Shown piece by piece: positions 61,471-64,000 of a stretch of 64,000 nt of DNA. Both the position numbers and the translations under genes were made by a program. The notes under the pieces are model-generated. The model saw only the letters and a program-made list of their open reading frames with translations, made no database searches and was not told the origin of the DNA. The stretch lies in the NCBI RefSeq assembly GCF_004010195.1, contig NC_057759.1, positions 2,337,199 to 2,401,198 on the forward strand. Reading direction: 5' to 3'. The DNA comes from Chiloscyllium plagiosum. Its lineage: Eukaryota. Within the stretch, counting starts at the first letter, position 1; the number at the start of each line of letters is the position of its first letter.

Positions 61471-62804
61471 TCAAAGGCAGTTCGAGATGGAAAATACATT
61501 ATGGTCCAGCTAGAGGTGGCAGCAACTCAGGAACCAAATTATTAAAAAGGTAACATGGATGGGGTCATGCAGGGATCCACTGCCGTGAACTTCTCAGCAT
61601 TTAAACACAGTGTCGTATAGGAGATTCATTCAGCAGTAACTGTCAGCTGAGAAATAGACAACCACATCCTACCCAGTTCAACAAAGAGAGCTTTGCATTT
61701 GAATTGATTATGCATCCTTATTAATTCATCACTATTAGATTTTGCTGAAAATTTAGGGAAAGTAACCAGTTCCATAGGAAGAACAGGAGGTTATTCTGCC
61801 TGATTCTCCACACAATGAGATCGCGGCTGATTTGGGGCTTCACTCCATTTGCCACCTTTGAGCCCATACCCCTTCATATCCTTTAATTGATAAGAAAAAT
61901 TATGTATCTCAGATATAAAAAGAACAATTAAATTGGAACAGAACGCCATTTGAGGAAGAGAATCGCAAAGGCTACCATTCTACTCTTTTCCACTTTTTCT
62001 TCCTTTCCTCAGCCATCGGCGATCCTCCCAGTGTGGAGCAGCTCCAGCATGATAAAATAATGCCGTCCTTGTCTTCGCAGTTGTCAGCCATCCGTATCCC
62101 TTCACCAGCCGCCCGCCACCTCGCAACATTCTCCACTTTAGACACACCCTCTGGCTTGGTGTGGGAGGGGAACATTAAAAAGTTCGCAGTTGACCAGCCC
62201 GTTGACTAGCAAGATGCCTCACTGGGAGGGAGCATCTCTCCTGTCCCCCTCCATTCCCCAAAAAACACCATTCTGACTCTCGGCAATGGAGCATGTTGAC
62301 ATAGTCCACACTCCCTCAGTGTTTTTTTCTTTCCGTGAGTCCCTATGCCATTTTAACTTCAGGTTCTGCCCCCTCATGTCCCGTACTAGATGGCAGTTAT
62401 TGGCTCCCTCGTGCCCCATGTCACTGTTTGCAGCTGCATCAGGGTAAAAACTCTTTAAGAGGGAGGAACGAAAGGGCCGACTCCGGATCTGGCCAAACGA
62501 AATAATTATAATATTAATATAAAATACACACAGATTCAGAGAGGTGGAAGTGAACGAGAAAGTATTCAGAAGCACATCAAGACCAAAGGCCACTCTCCCG
62601 AAGGACCTTTGTCCCAGACACAAACTGTTGACTCCTGTTTTTCTCTCTCTCTCTCTCTCCAACCCCTCGCTCTCTCTCTCTCTTCTTCTCTCTGTGTCAG
62701 CCCTCCATCCCCCCACCCTCCACTCCCGCACAGATGCTGACAGGCGTGAAGCAGAATATGGTCCTTGGGGGTGCGTCCTAGTTCTGGATCTTATTAAGGT
62801 TCGG

Positions 62805-63530
62805 TTGGCAGATGAATGACAGCGTGGGCAAGTGTGGGAGGTTATGCAATTGGGTGAGAAGAATAGAGGCTTAGCTTGTTTTCTAAATGGAGAAAGGTTT
62901 CGGAAATCCGAAGTACAAAGGGACTTCGGAGTCCAAGTTCAGAATTCAGGAAAATGACAATGTTTTCAAGGCGAATACTGAGATAAAGGCTATTAGACAC
63001 GATGGGTTTGAGAATAATAAAGAGGAGGAGTTAGCAGTTCTGGAAAGTGTAAACATAGATAAGTGTCCTCGGCCAGATGGGATTTGTTCTAGGATTCTCT
63101 GAGAAGCAAGGGAAGTAATTGCAGAGACTTTGGGTTTAAGATTTATGTCGTCATTGTCAACAGGAATAGTGCCAAAAGACTGGTGGATTACAAATGTTAT
63201 CTCCTTATTCAAGGAGGGGAGTTGAGACAACTCTGAGCTGAAAAGTGTGAGGTGATTCACTTTTGAAAGAGTAACAGCAATGCAAAGTAATGACCTAATG
63301 GTAAGACTCTTGGTAGTGTAGAAAAGCTGAGAGATCTCAGTGTCCATTTACATAGATCCCTGAAAGTTGTGACTCATTTTGTTAGGATTGTTAAGAAGGC
63401 GTATGGTGTGTTAGCTTTTATTTGTAGAAAGATTGAGTTTATATTACAGCTTTATAAAACTCTGGTGCTACCGCACTTGGATTATTGTGTATAGTTCTGG
63501 TCGCTGCAATGTGGGAAGAATGTGGCGAAT
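62805..63530 (+). mobile_element. Mosaic of CR1-like fragments
   Basis: DKCPRPDGICSRIL and VKKAYGVLAFI...LYKTLVLPHLDYCV*FW motifs. Confidence 0.75.
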
Positions 63531-63589
63531 GTACCCAGCATCTCCTGTTGTTTGGCCAAGTTAGGAATCTATCTGTGTTTCAGCAGGCA

Positions 63590-63850
63590 GGATGCTGCTG
63601 CAAAACACACTCAGGGCAGGCACATCACGGGGTTACATGCAGAGGATGTGCCCCTTGACATCTTCTGTTGGTGTTAGATACAGAGGAGAGATCTGTACCA
63701 TCAAACAGTCCGAGGTCAGTGACAACTGTGGTTAGATAGAGAGTAAAGCTCCTCTACACTGAACCCAGCAAACACTCTCAGGATAGGTAAAACATTTCTG
63801 AGACAGAGTAAAGCTGCTTCGATGATGTGCCAATCAGAAATGTAAAGGGA
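63590..63850 (+). repeat. Degenerate copies of a roughly 66-bp tandem repeat (GGTTAGATACAGAGTAAAGCTCCCTCTACACTG type)
   Basis: GTTAGATA.AGAG(TAAAGCT) and AAACAC.C.CAGG motifs recur at about 63600-63820. Confidence 0.5.
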
Positions 63851-64000
63851 AGGTATAATCTCACTGTAAAGCATCTCCTTCTGACACCACTATTCCGACA
63901 CGCAGACACATTCGAACTGGACTGTTTTAAACATTATCACAAAGGACAGATCTACTCCACAAATTCAAAAAGAGGTTCTTTGCTGTATTCTCTTCGTTCT

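Overview
Repeat-dense vertebrate genomic DNA, very probably an elasmobranch (shark), judged from HE1-type SINEs, HER1/CR1 LINEs and Penelope-like repeats of the kind common in sharks; no prokaryotic features are present. The only intact host gene I can support is a two-exon, minus-strand class A GPCR of the GPR139/GPR142 type (exon 1 29362-29296, exon 2 26718-25808, 325 aa). The ORF track misses its first exon. A second paralog lies upstream in the same orientation as a pseudogene: its exon 2 is split at a single codon by a near full-length CR1 LINE (38961-42850) and its probable exon 1 is at 49403-49268. The rest is transposon debris: a three-level nest of Gmr1-like LTR retrotransposons with readable target-site duplications (about 2.9-15 kb), two near full-length CR1 LINEs with esterase-type ORF1, many CR1 fragments, tRNA-derived SINEs, Penelope-like fragments carrying minimal hammerhead-ribozyme motifs, a Tx1-like fragment, diverged minisatellites, local duplications and one 50-bp-stem hairpin. 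All family names come from motif recognition by eye, not from database searches; repeat boundaries without TSD support are approximate.
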